DNA of 64,000 bases from Nitrospirota bacterium (lineage in GTDB: Bacteria; Nitrospirota; UBA9217): the NCBI GenBank assembly GCA_963796285.1, contig CAWCKW010000001.1, positions 32,001 through 96,000 of the forward strand, in the 5' to 3' direction. The notes beneath the pieces were generated by a model that made no database searches, was not told where the DNA came from, and was given only the letters and a program-made list of their open reading frames with translations. This document shows, piece after piece, positions 1-10,712 of the stretch; the stretch's first letter is position 1; every line of letters begins with the position of its first letter. A program made the translations under genes and the position numbers.

Positions 1-131
1 TGACTCCGTATTTCAGTCTCTTCGTGACAGCTTTTGATTTTTTTGTAGGGGCATCAATCTTGACAATCCCGGTCGCCCGGTGTATTTTGTCTCATACTGG
101 TCTGACACCCGTACGAAGTGAGGAGGATGAA

Positions 132-398
132 ATGCGCTTGCTTTATATATTGCTGACCTTGTGTTTACTGGCTGCGCCTGCAATGCTCCGCGCCGATGAG
201 GCGGAGTCCGCAAAGGAAGGATTCAAAGAGGTCCACGAGGGGATGAAGAAGGTGACGACGTCCGTGGGCAAGAAGGCCAAGAAGGACTTCAAGACCATAG
301 ACAAGGAGGCGAAAAAGAACTGGAAGGCCATTGACAAGAACGCCAAGAAGACCTGGAAAAAGGCCGGCGAGGATATTAAAAAGACCACGAAAGACTGA
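132..398 (+). CDS. Secreted Lys/Ala-rich helical hypothetical protein
   Basis: AGGAGG RBS before ATG 132; signal peptide MRLLYILLTLCLLAAPAMLRA; 11-residue repeats such as KKAKKDFKTID/KEAKKNWKAID. Confidence 0.7.
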   Translation: MRLLYILLTLCLLAAPAMLRADEAESAKEGFKEVHEGMKKVTTSVGKKAKKDFKTIDKEAKKNWKAIDKNAKKTWKKAGEDIKKTTKD

Positions 399-447
399 TC
401 CCGAACGGACAGGAGATGATAAGGCCTGTCCCTGATACGATTCTTCA

Positions 448-476
448 TTGACATTCCTACCGCAGCATTATATCCT
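448..476 (+). promoter_or_regulatory. Putative sigma70 promoter of acyl-CoA synthetase fusion
   Basis: TTGACA-17 nt-TATCCT. Confidence 0.5.
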
Positions 477-518
477 GTTTCTATAACTGTATTGCAAACT
501 CCCGATGAGAGGCATGAC

Positions 519-3157
519 ATGATCCTGATCCAGATCAAGGAATGGCCGCACGCTATCCGGACAAGATCGCCGTCCAGATGAAAGCAGGAGACCGGTATCA
601 GCAGTACACCTACCGGGACCTCATCAGGAGCGTAGCGTCCGTTACCCGATCGCTTTCCGAAACGGGATCAACAAGGGCGACCGCGTTGGCCTTTTTTCGG
701 AGAACAGGCCGGAGTGGATGATCGCGTATCTCGCTGTCGTTTCTTTCGGCGCGGTCATCGTGCCGCTGGACGCGCAGCTGACCGCGAAAGAGGTCGCCGT
801 CCTGCTTGCGAACTCCGGGGCAAAGGCGGTCTTTGTATCGGCTGACAGCAGGCAGAAACTTCCCCGAAGCGAGCCGCTCGTGATCATCTCGTTTGATCCC
901 GGGGACGGCATACCGTTCTCCCGTATGGTCACGTCCTATCCCGATGCGCGCGCTCCCGCCCGCGCATGCAGCCAGATGACCTGGCAGCTCTCCTGTATAC
1001 CTCAGGGACAACAGGCGATCCCAAAGGGGTGATGCTCTCGCACGGCAATCTGGCGTCGAACCTGGCGAGCGTCATCAAACTCAAAATCATCGAACACGAG
1101 GACAACCTCCTCTGCCTCCTTCCTCTTCACCATACCTATCCCGCAATGGCGTGCATGCTGCTGCCGCTCGCGCTCGGCGGGCAGGTGACGATCCTGAACA
1201 GCTTGAAGGGGCCGGACATCCTAGCCTGCATGCAGGAGACCGGGGTCACCGCCATGGTCGGCGTGCCGCAACTCTTCACGGCGCTCCGCAATGCCATCTT
1301 CGACGGGATCCGCAAAAAGCCCGGCCCTGTCCAGGCGCTGGTAAAGCTCTTGCTCGCTCTCAACAGACTGCTTCGAATTACAGCGGGATTCAATGCCGGC
1401 AAGGTCGCTCTTTGGAACCGTGCACGCGAAATTCGGCCCGAAGTTCAGGCTGTTCGCGAGCGGAGGCGCCCGGCTCGATCCCGAGGTGTACCGCGATATG
1501 ACCGATCTCGGGTTCACTGTCATTGAAGGGTACGGCCTTACCGAAACGTCCCCGGTTTCCACGTTCAACCCGCTCTCGAAGCAGAAGGCCGGATCCATCG
1601 GCATCCCGGTCCCTGATGTCGAGGTCAGGATCGTCAATCCCGACGAGCACGGCATGGGAGAGATCGCGATACGCGGGCCGAACGTGATGCTCGGGTATTA
1701 CAAGAAACCGCAGGAGACCGCGGAGGTCCTTCGTGACGGATGGTTCTACTACCGGGGACCTGGGCTATCGTGATAAGGACGGCTACTTCTTCATCACCGG
1801 CAGGTCCAAGGAGATGATCGTGCTCGCGACGGGCAAGAAGATCTTTCCCGACGAGCTCGAGAAGTTCTATAAACAGATACCGGCGATCAAGGAGATCTGT
1901 CTCATCCAGGGCGAGCGCGGGATCGAGGCCGCGGTGGTCCCGGATTTCGATTACCTCAAAAAAATGAACCTCTCCAACTCACGAGAGACCATTGCCTTCG
2001 AGATCGAAGACCTTGCAAAAGACCTGCCGCCGTACAAGCGGATCACGGGGCTGAAGATCTTCAAGGACCCCTTTCCGGCCACGCGCCTGGGCAAACTCAA
2101 GCGCAGCCAGGTGAGGGACATGTATCTGAAGAACGGCGAACGGACCGAGAAGCCGGTGACCGTGGTTGACAGCGACCTGCTCTCGACGCCGGTGGCAAAA
2201 AAGCTCTTGGCCTGCCTCGAACCCTTCTCCGCAAAAAAGAACATCGCTCCCGACGACAACCTGGAGCTTGACCTGGGACTTGATTCGCTCACCCGGGTCG
2301 AGCTGGTCGTGAGCATCGAAAGGTCCTTCGACATCAGCCTGCCCGAGTCTTTCGGGAGCGAGCTCTTCACCGTAAAAGACGCGGTGCTCAAGTTGCAGGA
2401 GCTGCTGGCCTCCGGGCCGCTCAAGGCCGGTGAGGGCGTGCGGATGTCGTGGGCCAAGATCCTTGCGGAGGAACCTGCAGAAGAGGTAAGAGAATCGATC
2501 AGGCTTGAATTCGGTCCGGTGCTGGGCACGGTGCGGTCTCTGCTCAAGCTGCTGTTTACCCTGGTGCTGAGGGTATATGGCCGTCTGTCAGTCACGGGCA
2601 TCGAGAACCTGCCGGTCAAGGGCCCGTATATCATCGCTCCGAATCATCTGAGCTTCGCGGACGCGCCATTCATCGGCGCTGCGATCTCCCAGGAGACTGC
2701 GGACCAGCTCTTTTCCCTCGGCACAACCGACGTTTTCAAAGGTCCGGTCATGTTGCCCCTGGCGCGGTTTTTACACGTGATCCCCGTGGACATGGAGACC
2801 AAGCTGTACAACGCCCTTCAGTTGTCGGCGTACGTGCTCCGCCGGGGCAAGATCCTGCTCGCCTTTCCCGAAGGCAGCCGTTCGCGCGACGGCAGGACCA
2901 GGGAGTTCAAAAAAGGCGTGGGGATCATTGCCAGGGAACTGAACGTCCCTATTGTGCCGGTGGCGATCCGGGGGACGTATGAGATGCTGCCGACGGGGCG
3001 TCTCTTCCCGAGGCCTTCAAAGGTCATGGTTTCATTCGGCAAACCGGTCCATCCCGGCGGCAGGGACTACGACGAGATCGTGAAAACACTATACGGGGAC
3101 GTGGTGAAGATGCTGGAGGGGCAGAGGTCGGTAACAAGAAGTCAGAACCCGGACTAA
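519..3157 (+). CDS. AMP-binding long-chain acyl-CoA/ACP synthetase + acyl carrier domain + PlsC-type acyltransferase fusion (about 5 apparent frameshifts)
   Basis: Motifs continue across frames: YTSGTTGDPKG, EGYGLTE, TGDLG, ACP LGLDSLTRVEL, NHLSFAD and FPEGSRS. Frame breaks near 540, 660, 955, 1405, 1750; start approximate. Confidence 0.85.
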
Positions 3158-3315
3158 AGCTCAGGGTCATGCGGCGATCCATGTCGGCCTGTCTCCGTGG
3201 TTACCATGAGGGGTTATCCATGATGAATAAAATAAAGACCATTCTCGAGATGATGACACTGAATCACACGCTCTTTGCGCGGCCCTTCTCGTATAGCGGA
3301 GCGCGTGAGGTGCTT

Positions 3316-4212
3316 ATGAAATACGGGAAGCGATGCTCGATCTGTATTTTAGTCGTCGTGCTCGCCTCTTGTGCGACAACGCAGGGACCGCCTGTGACGG
3401 AGAGCCCAAAGCCAAGGATCGCGCTCGTGCTCGGAGGCGGCGCAGCGCGCGGTTTCGCGCACATCGGTGTCATCCGTGCGCTTGAGCAGGAGAAGATCCC
3501 GATCGATATGATCATCGGCACGAGCGTTGGGAGCCTTATCGGCGCGATCTATGCGTCGGACGCGAACAGCTTTGAACTTGAATGGACGGCATTTTCTCTT
3601 GAGAAAGACCAGGTTTTTGATTACGGGATTCTCTCCGCGTTTACCAGTATGGGTTTGGCCAAGGGCGATAAGCTGGAAGACTTCGTAAAGTCCAAGGTCC
3701 CGGCTGCAAACATCGAGGACCTCAAACTGCCCTTTGCGGCAATCGCGACAGACCTGAACCGCGGAACGCGCGTGGTCCTTGACCATGGCTCCGTGGCCAA
3801 AGCAGTGCACGCAAGCAGCGCCATCCCCGGCGTATTCAACCCGGTGGATTACCAGGGGAAGCTCCTGGTCGACGGCGGCGTGGTGGAGAATCTCCCGAGC
3901 TCCGTAGCACGGGAAAGGGGTGCCGACATCGTGATCGCTGTGGACATCAGCGAGAATGTGGTCAATTTCAACATTACGAACCTCATCGATGTCATGCTGC
4001 AGGCGGTCACTATCATGTCCAGCGAGAATGTGAAATATACGAGAAAGAATGCCGATGTGCTCATTACACCGGCTGTAGGCGACGTGGGGATGCTCGATTT
4101 CAGCCAGAAAAAGCGGTGCATGCAGGCGGGCATCGAGGCGGCGCAGAAGGCCATGCCGGACATCAAGAAGAAGATCGGGGAGTGGGAAAAAAAACAGCTG
4201 CCGAAAAAATAA
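3316..4212 (+). CDS. Patatin-like phospholipase (lipoprotein)
   Basis: GGGAARG, GTSVG nucleophile motif, DGG; lipobox LASC after ATG 3316. Confidence 0.9.
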   Translation: MKYGKRCSICILVVVLASCATTQGPPVTESPKPRIALVLGGGAARGFAHIGVIRALEQEKIPIDMIIGTSVGSLIGAIYASDANSFELEWTAFSLEKDQVFDYGILSAFTSMGLAKGDKLEDFVKSKVPAANIEDLKLPFAAIATDLNRGTRVVLDHGSVAKAVHASSAIPGVFNPVDYQGKLLVDGGVVENLPSSVARERGADIVIAVDISENVVNFNITNLIDVMLQAVTIMSSENVKYTRKNADVLITPAVGDVGMLDFSQKKRCMQAGIEAAQKAMPDIKKKIGEWEKKQLPKK

Positions 4213-4380
4213 AAAGTACCCTGACAGGGAGAGCAGCGAAATTCCAGGGTGAACAACAAGAGCTGCCAATCATTGAATAAGTCCGGTTACCGGTGTCCGA
4301 GGGTCTTTGGGCAATGGGGTGTTCGATCCACTTGCTCCCTGCCTCAAGGTGTCCCTGAATAATGGTTTTGAAAGGGTGAC

Positions 4381-5232
4381 ATGCTGGAAAAAATCAAGAT
4401 CATCCTCGAAATGATCAAGTTCGAACACACGATCTTCGCGCTGCCCTTTGCCTTTACCGGCGCGCTGCTGGCGGCAAGGGGAGTGCCGCCGTGGAGCACG
4501 GTCCTCTGGATCACCGTGGCCATGGTCGGTGCGCGCTCGGCAGCCATGGGGTTTAACCGCTGGGCGGACCGGGTTTTCGATGCCGAGAACCCGAGGACCA
4601 ACATGCGTGCCCTTCCCAAGGGACTGGTAACGCCGGCCCAGGTGATCCTGTTTACCGCGGTCTCGTCGGTCCTTCTGGTATACGCTGCTTATCGGTTGAA
4701 CGCGCTCAGTTTCGTTCTGTCACCCCTAGCTCTTGCGATCGTGTTCTTCTACTCCTATACCAAGCGGTTCACCTTCCTGTCGCATGCGTTTCTGGGTTTC
4801 GCCATCTGCCTTGCGCCGATCGGCGCATGGATAGCGGTGACAGGAAGGCTTGCAGTTCCTGCTCTCGTGCTCGGGGCCGCGGTGTTGTTCTGGCTGCTGG
4901 GGTTCGACGTACTCTACGCACTCCAGGACATGGACTTTGACCGGAAGGCAGGCCTCCATTCCATCCCCCAGCGGTTCGGGATCGGGCGATCGCTCTGGAT
5001 CTCCCGTGGTTCTCACGCGGTCACGATGGCCGCTCTCTTCTGGCTGTACGCGCTGCTCTCGCTGGGGTGGTTATTTCTTGCGGGCGTGATCATTGCCCTC
5101 TGCTTGATCATCTACGAGCACACGCTGGTCAAGGAACACGATCTTTCAAAACTGAACATGGCTTTTTTCAATATGAACGGCTACATCAGCGTTACGATCT
5201 TCGTGTTCACGCTGCTCGATGTCCTGCTGTAG
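4381..5232 (+). CDS. ubiA: UbiA-family prenyltransferase (MqnP-like, futalosine pathway)
   Basis: KFEHTIFALPFA, NRWADRVFDAENPRT, YSYTKRF, YALQDMDFD. Confidence 0.9.
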   Translation: MLEKIKIILEMIKFEHTIFALPFAFTGALLAARGVPPWSTVLWITVAMVGARSAAMGFNRWADRVFDAENPRTNMRALPKGLVTPAQVILFTAVSSVLLVYAAYRLNALSFVLSPLALAIVFFYSYTKRFTFLSHAFLGFAICLAPIGAWIAVTGRLAVPALVLGAAVLFWLLGFDVLYALQDMDFDRKAGLHSIPQRFGIGRSLWISRGSHAVTMAALFWLYALLSLGWLFLAGVIIALCLIIYEHTLVKEHDLSKLNMAFFNMNGYISVTIFVFTLLDVLL

Positions 5233-5287
5233 ATTCTGAGCGGTGGAGGACCGGACCTATTGCGCACGATCCTGTTATGCCGGGGAA

Positions 5288-5316
5288 TTGACAAACTGCA
5301 TGGATGCTGGTATGTT
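5288..5316 (+). promoter_or_regulatory. Putative sigma70 promoter of FKBP gene
   Basis: TTGACA-17 nt-TATGTT with TG extension. Confidence 0.55.
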
Positions 5317-5353
5317 TATAAACGGTAAAATTAATATTTAAAAAGGGGGAAAA

Positions 5354-6046
5354 ATGAAATCACGTCTCGTAATCATCTTATGCATCGCTCTGGCGGCAAG
5401 TCCCGCCATGGCCGGGGAAAAGAAGGAACTGAAGACCCAGAAGGACAAAGTGAGTTATGCGATAGGCCTGGACGTGGGCAACAGCCTGAAAAAAAATGAG
5501 CTCGATGTTGACCCCGATATTCTCGCAACGGCGATCAAGGACGTCTTGTCCAACAGCAAACCCCTGATGACCGATCAGGAGACAAAAGAAACCCTCATGG
5601 CTTTGCAGAAGGACCTCCAGGCAAAACAGCTGGAGCGGAACAAAGTGCTCGGAGAGAAGAACAAGAAAGAAGGGGATGCATTTCTTGCAAAGAACAAGAA
5701 ACTGGAAGGGGTCAAGACCCTGCCAAGCGGGCTGCAATACAAGGTCATCTCGGCGGGCAAAGGCAAGACCCCTAAAGCAAGCGATACGGTGACGGTGAAT
5801 TACACCGGCAAGCTGATCGACGGGGCCGAGTTCGACAGCTCATACAAGCGCGGACAACCCGCAACGTTCCCCGTGGGCGGCGTGATCAAGGGATGGACCG
5901 AGGCACTCCAGCTCATGAAGGAAGGCTCCAAGTGGCAGCTCGTTATACCTGCGGACCTCGCATACGGTGAACAAGGCAGGCCGGGAATCCCCCCGAACTC
6001 GGTATTGATCTTCGAAGTCGAGTTGGTCTCTATCAAGGCGCAATAA
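5354..6046 (+). CDS. FKBP-type peptidyl-prolyl isomerase (FkpA/Mip family)
   Basis: Signal peptide; SYAIG, LPSGLQY, FDSSYKRG, VIKGWTEAL, IPPNSVLIFEVEL. Confidence 0.95.
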   Translation: MKSRLVIILCIALAASPAMAGEKKELKTQKDKVSYAIGLDVGNSLKKNELDVDPDILATAIKDVLSNSKPLMTDQETKETLMALQKDLQAKQLERNKVLGEKNKKEGDAFLAKNKKLEGVKTLPSGLQYKVISAGKGKTPKASDTVTVNYTGKLIDGAEFDSSYKRGQPATFPVGGVIKGWTEALQLMKEGSKWQLVIPADLAYGEQGRPGIPPNSVLIFEVELVSIKAQ

Positions 6047-6053
6047 AATCATG

Positions 6054-6084
6054 AAGGCTGACCCTGAACGGGTCGGCCTTTTTT
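6054..6084 (+). terminator. Intrinsic terminator after FKBP
   Basis: AAGGCTGACCC-TGAA-CGGGTCGGCCTT then T-run. Confidence 0.7.
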
Positions 6085-6230
6085 GTATATGGATGAGGAC
6101 ACTATTTGATATGCACGCAAGGTGAGCGCTCACAATCGTCACCATCGAGCTGGTCAGGAAGGGTGACGGTAACTCCATAACAAGAGGAAGCGGAAAATCT
6201 AAGATAAATAAAAGAAAGAGGTGACGGATC

Positions 6231-6293
6231 ATGGCAAAATCACAGCAGGGTTCAAAGAAGGAAGTCAAGAAGCCGAAGAGCAAAAAGAAGTAA
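6231..6293 (+). CDS. 20-aa basic microprotein MAKSQQGSKKEVKKPKSKKK
   Basis: GAGGTG RBS upstream of ATG 6231; TAA at 6291-6293. Confidence 0.5.
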   Translation: MAKSQQGSKKEVKKPKSKKK

Positions 6294-6330
6294 ACGCTTC
6301 GTACAACTAACATATTGGGAGGTACTGACA

Positions 6331-7365
6331 ATGAAACTGAGAACCACCGTGATCGTTATCATGCTCCTTTTCACGTCCTATGTGTCATCAGAAGCAGGGC
6401 CTTCATCTCCGTTGAACTATGAAAAGATCAAGACCCTCAGAGGTTATTCCAGAGACGTGCTCTCTATCGCATTCAGCCCATCTGCTAAAGTCATGGCGAT
6501 CGGCACCTCCGACAAGGAAGTCATCATTTGGGATACTACAACTTGGGAAATCATCAACAAGCTCAAAGAAAACGATGGAAACGTCAATGCTCTGGCATTC
6601 AGTCATGACGGGAAATATCTGGCCTCAGGAGATCGGGATCACAAGGTGATTCTATGGGACGCACAAACATGGAAGAAAATCACCAAGATAAAGGCCCTCA
6701 ATAGCGTGAGGGCGCTTTCGTTCAATAAGGACGATAGTCTCCTGGCGATCGCTGGCGACGACAAGAAAGCCATGTTGTGGAATATTAAAAAAGACGACTT
6801 GTTCAAAAAATTAAGCGGCCACGATGATGATGTAAAAGGAATAGCGTTCAGCCCCGACGGGTCACGGGTGGCCACGGGCAGCAAGGATAAGTCTGTAATT
6901 ATTTGGGACGCGGTCACGGGAGATAAAATCAAAGCCCTGAACGGTCATTCGAATGATGTCAATACGGTCGCGTACAGCCCCGACGGCAAGCACCTTGTCT
7001 CTGGCAGTGACGACAACACGATCATGATCTGGGATGCAACATCGGGGAATGCGGGCAAGTCTCTGGAAGGGCATTCCGACAAGATGTCCATCCTGTCATT
7101 CATCCCCGGCAGCAATGTCCTGACGTCTGGTGACTCAATATCCTCTGCAGTCGTCGTGAGAGGCCCTTTTGGAATTCCCGTGGCAGGTGCCGGCTCGGAG
7201 AGCGCCTGTAAGTTGATCTTTTGGAACATTACGACTGCTGCCCAGCTGAAAGAGATCGATGGCGATTGCGGACTCAGCAGCCTTGCGTACAGCCCGGATG
7301 GAAAATATCTCGCAGCCGGCTACGCGGTAAATAACAGCTTCATCACGGTTTATGAGCGTAAATAG
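6331..7365 (+). CDS. Secreted WD40-repeat beta-propeller protein
   Basis: Signal peptide; repeated GH...FSPDG...SGS.D..V.IWD units. Confidence 0.9.
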   Translation: MKLRTTVIVIMLLFTSYVSSEAGPSSPLNYEKIKTLRGYSRDVLSIAFSPSAKVMAIGTSDKEVIIWDTTTWEIINKLKENDGNVNALAFSHDGKYLASGDRDHKVILWDAQTWKKITKIKALNSVRALSFNKDDSLLAIAGDDKKAMLWNIKKDDLFKKLSGHDDDVKGIAFSPDGSRVATGSKDKSVIIWDAVTGDKIKALNGHSNDVNTVAYSPDGKHLVSGSDDNTIMIWDATSGNAGKSLEGHSDKMSILSFIPGSNVLTSGDSISSAVVVRGPFGIPVAGAGSESACKLIFWNITTAAQLKEIDGDCGLSSLAYSPDGKYLAAGYAVNNSFITVYERK

Positions 7366-7404
7366 GGTTCGTTAATAGAGCCTGCTATGGTAACAATCGA
7401 ACTT

Positions 7405-7433
7405 TGGGGGACGTCCACTAGTGTCCCCCTTTT
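7405..7433 (+). terminator. Intrinsic terminator after WD40 gene
   Basis: GGGGGAC...GTCCCCC then TTTT. Confidence 0.55.
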
Positions 7434-7479
7434 CATTGCATTAACGTGAATGCCGGACCGTGAGAAGAGGAATTGGTCC

Positions 7480-8560
7480 ATGACTGAACAGAGTGATTAC
7501 CATCGCGGAACGCGCATACTCGTCATCGTGGCGGCGCTCGCCATCATCACGGCGAGCATACATCAGGCACAATCGGTCCTGGTATCGTTTCTCATCGCTG
7601 TTTTCCTGGCTGCCATCGGCACGCCGTCGCTGCTCTGGCTCGAGCGGAAACGCATTCCTCATGTAGTTGCGGTGTTGCTCGTAGTGGCGGGCATGGCTGC
7701 TATTCTCGTGGTTATCGGAGTACTCGTCGGCACGTCCCTTAACAGTTTTTACGCTGACCTCCCGAATTATCAGATACGCATACAGAAGCATGTTTCTTCA
7801 CTCCAGACGTTTTTGGCAACCAAGGGCATCCGGTTCACGGACTCGTTTCTGTTCGATCCAGTCAACGCGGAAGCGGTGAGGAATTTGAACGCCAGCCTGC
7901 TCACGGGGCTGGGGTCGGCGCTGTTCGAGATCGTCGTGATCCTGCTCATCGTAACCTTCATTCTCCTTGAAGCCTCAAGCTTCCCCGTCAAACTGCGCGC
8001 TATTCTCGGTGATCCACAGAAGGACTTTCACCCGTTTATGGGGTTCGTCTATGACATCAACCGCTACATGGTCATAAAGACGGGGATCAGCCTGACCGTG
8101 GGCGTTCTGATCGGGTTATGGTTGTGAGATACTCGGCGTGGACTTTCCCATTCTCTGGGGTTTCCTGGCATTTTTACTCCACTATGTTCCTAATATCGGC
8201 GCCCTGATCGCCGCCGTTCCCGCGGTTTTTCTTGCCCTTATCCAGCTCGGGCCAGGTCCTGCCGCGCTCGCGGCTGCCGGATATCTGGCCGTTGATTTCA
8301 TTCTTGGCAACGTGGTCGAGCCAAGGCTCATGGGTCGGAGGCTTGGCCTGTCCACGCTGGTTGTCTTTCTCTCGTTGATTTTTTGGGGAGGACTGCTCGG
8401 TCTTATCGGCGTGGTTCTGTGCATACCGTTGACCATGACCCTGAAGTTCGCATGCGAGAATAATAAAAGCACACGATGGATCGCGGTATTGCTCGGGCCC
8501 GAGATGTCCCCTGCGCAGGATCCAACGGCATTGAAAAAGGGAACAGATCCTGCGGTCTGA
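7480..8560 (+). CDS. AI-2E family transporter (one apparent frameshift near 8125)
   Basis: Hydrophobic ORFs 7450-8127 and 8138-8560 join as GLWL-x-ILGVDFPILWGFLAFLLHYVPNIG...GNVVEPRLMG. Confidence 0.85.
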
Positions 8561-8973
8561 AATATACGGAACGTTGGGGACATTCCATAGACCTCCCATG
8601 TTCGCTGTTGCTCAGTCATTGTCTCTTTGTAGGTGGAGATGCCGCTCTAATTTAGGATGAACGTTGAATATTTGGAGGTTCGCTATACGGCATTTATTCC
8701 TTCCTGAACTCGTTCAAGTTGCATTTCTATGAACCATATCAGGTTACATTCCGTATTTGTTGGCATGCCCTTAAAATACCCCATCGTCATCGTTGACATC
8801 CTCTTAGATCAAGCCTATAGTCGTCACAAATGCTTATAATAGTGTGGTATGTTCATTGCCAAGCTATCTAATACTGTGAATCCGATGTCAAAGAGTGGGT
8901 CTATATAATAAATGGTTTAAAGCTATCAATAACAAAGATTGATAAATACATACTTTTCTCGGAGAAATAAATT

Positions 8974-9513
8974 ATGAAAAAGCTTTTTCTCATAATATGT
9001 CTTCTGAGCCTGATGCTCTCTGGATGTTTTATAGTAAACCTGCATAACAAGCTGTTTAATCCACCAGATTGTAGTAAGCCGTCTCCGTTTTCCACGGTTA
9101 TTATTGCCCCCTTTAGTACAGATGAAGTACTAATCGAAGGTATTACAGAGGGGAGAGAGATGACCAACATAGCGGGGGGGCTCAAAGGTATCACTAACCG
9201 CATTAGCGAATCGCTAAAAGATAGATTAACAGAGTATAATAAATTAGATAAAATATCGCAGGGTAGCGAATGTGAGGATCGTTCAATAAAAGTAGAGGGT
9301 AAGATTATCGATCTTGCTCATATCTTCAGAACAGGCTATGTTTTGTTTGTAAGAGTGGAAATATTAAATTGTACAACTGGAGAATCTTTGGATAAATTTG
9401 ACGTAAAAGAAAATGATGGTGAATTGTATGAAGTACCCAATAAAATAGCCAAAGAAATTGCCGAAGAAATTCATGATAAGTTGTTATGCCAACCAAATCC
9501 TAACAGGCTTTAA
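8974..9513 (+). CDS. AT-rich hypothetical lipoprotein
   Basis: Lipobox LSGC; GGAG upstream; lies in a visibly low-GC segment. Confidence 0.7.
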   Translation: MKKLFLIICLLSLMLSGCFIVNLHNKLFNPPDCSKPSPFSTVIIAPFSTDEVLIEGITEGREMTNIAGGLKGITNRISESLKDRLTEYNKLDKISQGSECEDRSIKVEGKIIDLAHIFRTGYVLFVRVEILNCTTGESLDKFDVKENDGELYEVPNKIAKEIAEEIHDKLLCQPNPNRL

Positions 9514-9767
9514 CAGTCGTTAATATTTTTAGTCCATAATCTGCAATAGTTTCTACTTTTCGTAACTGCACAGAAGTAGGCAAGACTAGTTTTCCGGCCC
9601 TTAATTCTTTTTTATTCAGATGATGAAGAGGGTTCCACTTAAATACAATACCTCTATGCCCTCCAGTAGTAGGTGAAAGCAATCCTATCCGGATGAATCA
9701 ACACATCCATATTGCATTATGAAATATGCACCCTGCGCAGAGATGATGGACATCTCTTTTTCGATTA

Positions 9768-10559
9768 TCATGCCTGCTCTTCCGCCTCCCACTCCTTCAG
9801 TTTTCCCGAGATGAACTCGATGATCTGCTGATGCTCTTCGGTACCGCGGTCCTTGATCCAGAGGGGTTTGCCGAAGGCGAAGTGAACCTTCTTCGACGGG
9901 TCGATCTTGCCGTAGTCCTTGAGGAACGTGCCGTTGCCCCAGGCATTGGTCTTGAGCGCGATCGGGACCACCGGCACCCCGGCTTTTTTTGCGAGTTTTA
10001 TCCCGATGGTGTTGAACTGTTCCGGGTCAAAAACCGGCGTCCGGGTGGTCTGGGGGAAGAGGATGATCGACATGCCCGCCTTCAGCCTCTCGGCGCCTCC
10101 CTCGAGCACTGCCTTCAGGTCCTCGCGGGGGTTCGTGCGGCCCACGGTAATGGGATTCCGCGAGCGCATGATGTGCTTGAAGATCGGGTAGTCGACAAGG
10201 CTCTGTTTGACGACAAAGGTCGCGTCTTTGAAGGGGGCTATGATCGTGGGGAGGATAAACGTTTCGAGCGTGCTCATATGATTTGCTATGAACACGCAGG
10301 GGCCTTCGACGGCCTTGAAGGAGTCGGTGCCGGTGATCTCGAACTTCACCCCCGCGGCTTCCAGCGCGCGGAGCGTTGCGAAGCTGTTTTCACACCATTC
10401 GGGCGTGCCGTACGGACCGCGCTTTGCCTGTGCGCTTCCCCGGACAACGATGGAGACGAGGCGGGTGTAAAAGGTGAACGAGGTCAGTGCCCGTGCCATG
10501 AAGGAAATGCGGACGGGACCTGTCCGGTAGGAGCCATTCTCGTACCTGAGCTCTTCCAA
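9768..10559 (-). CDS. 1-acyl-sn-glycerol-3-phosphate acyltransferase (PlsC family)
   Basis: NHMSTLE, FVVKQSL, ILFPQTTR; probable TTG start after AAGGAG. Confidence 0.85.
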   Translation of the reverse strand: MEELRYENGSYRTGPVRISFMARALTSFTFYTRLVSIVVRGSAQAKRGPYGTPEWCENSFATLRALEAAGVKFEITGTDSFKAVEGPCVFIANHMSTLETFILPTIIAPFKDATFVVKQSLVDYPIFKHIMRSRNPITVGRTNPREDLKAVLEGGAERLKAGMSIILFPQTTRTPVFDPEQFNTIGIKLAKKAGVPVVPIALKTNAWGNGTFLKDYGKIDPSKKVHFAFGKPLWIKDRGTEEHQQIIEFISGKLKEWEAEEQA

Positions 10560-10712
10560 ACAACGACTCCTTGCAATCAGGGTGCAGGGATACCTCGTGA
10601 AACGACGCCCAGTATACCATGCGAGGGGCAAAGAGTGAAGCGGGAAAAATACTCGTGTGAGGCAAAAACAAAATACTTGCAATACATCGGCGAAAAAGCG
10701 AAAATACGCACC

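Noticed and set aside
6400-7300. Repeated DNA in the WD40 gene and the KKAAKK-coding tracts as CRISPR or mobile repeats
   Set aside because: Explained by protein repeats; no constant repeat with unique spacers and no cas genes in the window
8122-8140. TGA in the AI-2E transporter as a third selenocysteine
   Set aside because: The downstream homologous sequence (ILGVDFP) is in a different frame, so this is an indel and not read-through
9831-10712. Long antisense and alternative-frame ORFs (e.g. 9831-11042 N-terminal part, 3349-4269, 16834-17835, 32682-33596)
   Set aside because: Shadow ORFs opposite well-supported genes in GC-rich DNA, with no motifs
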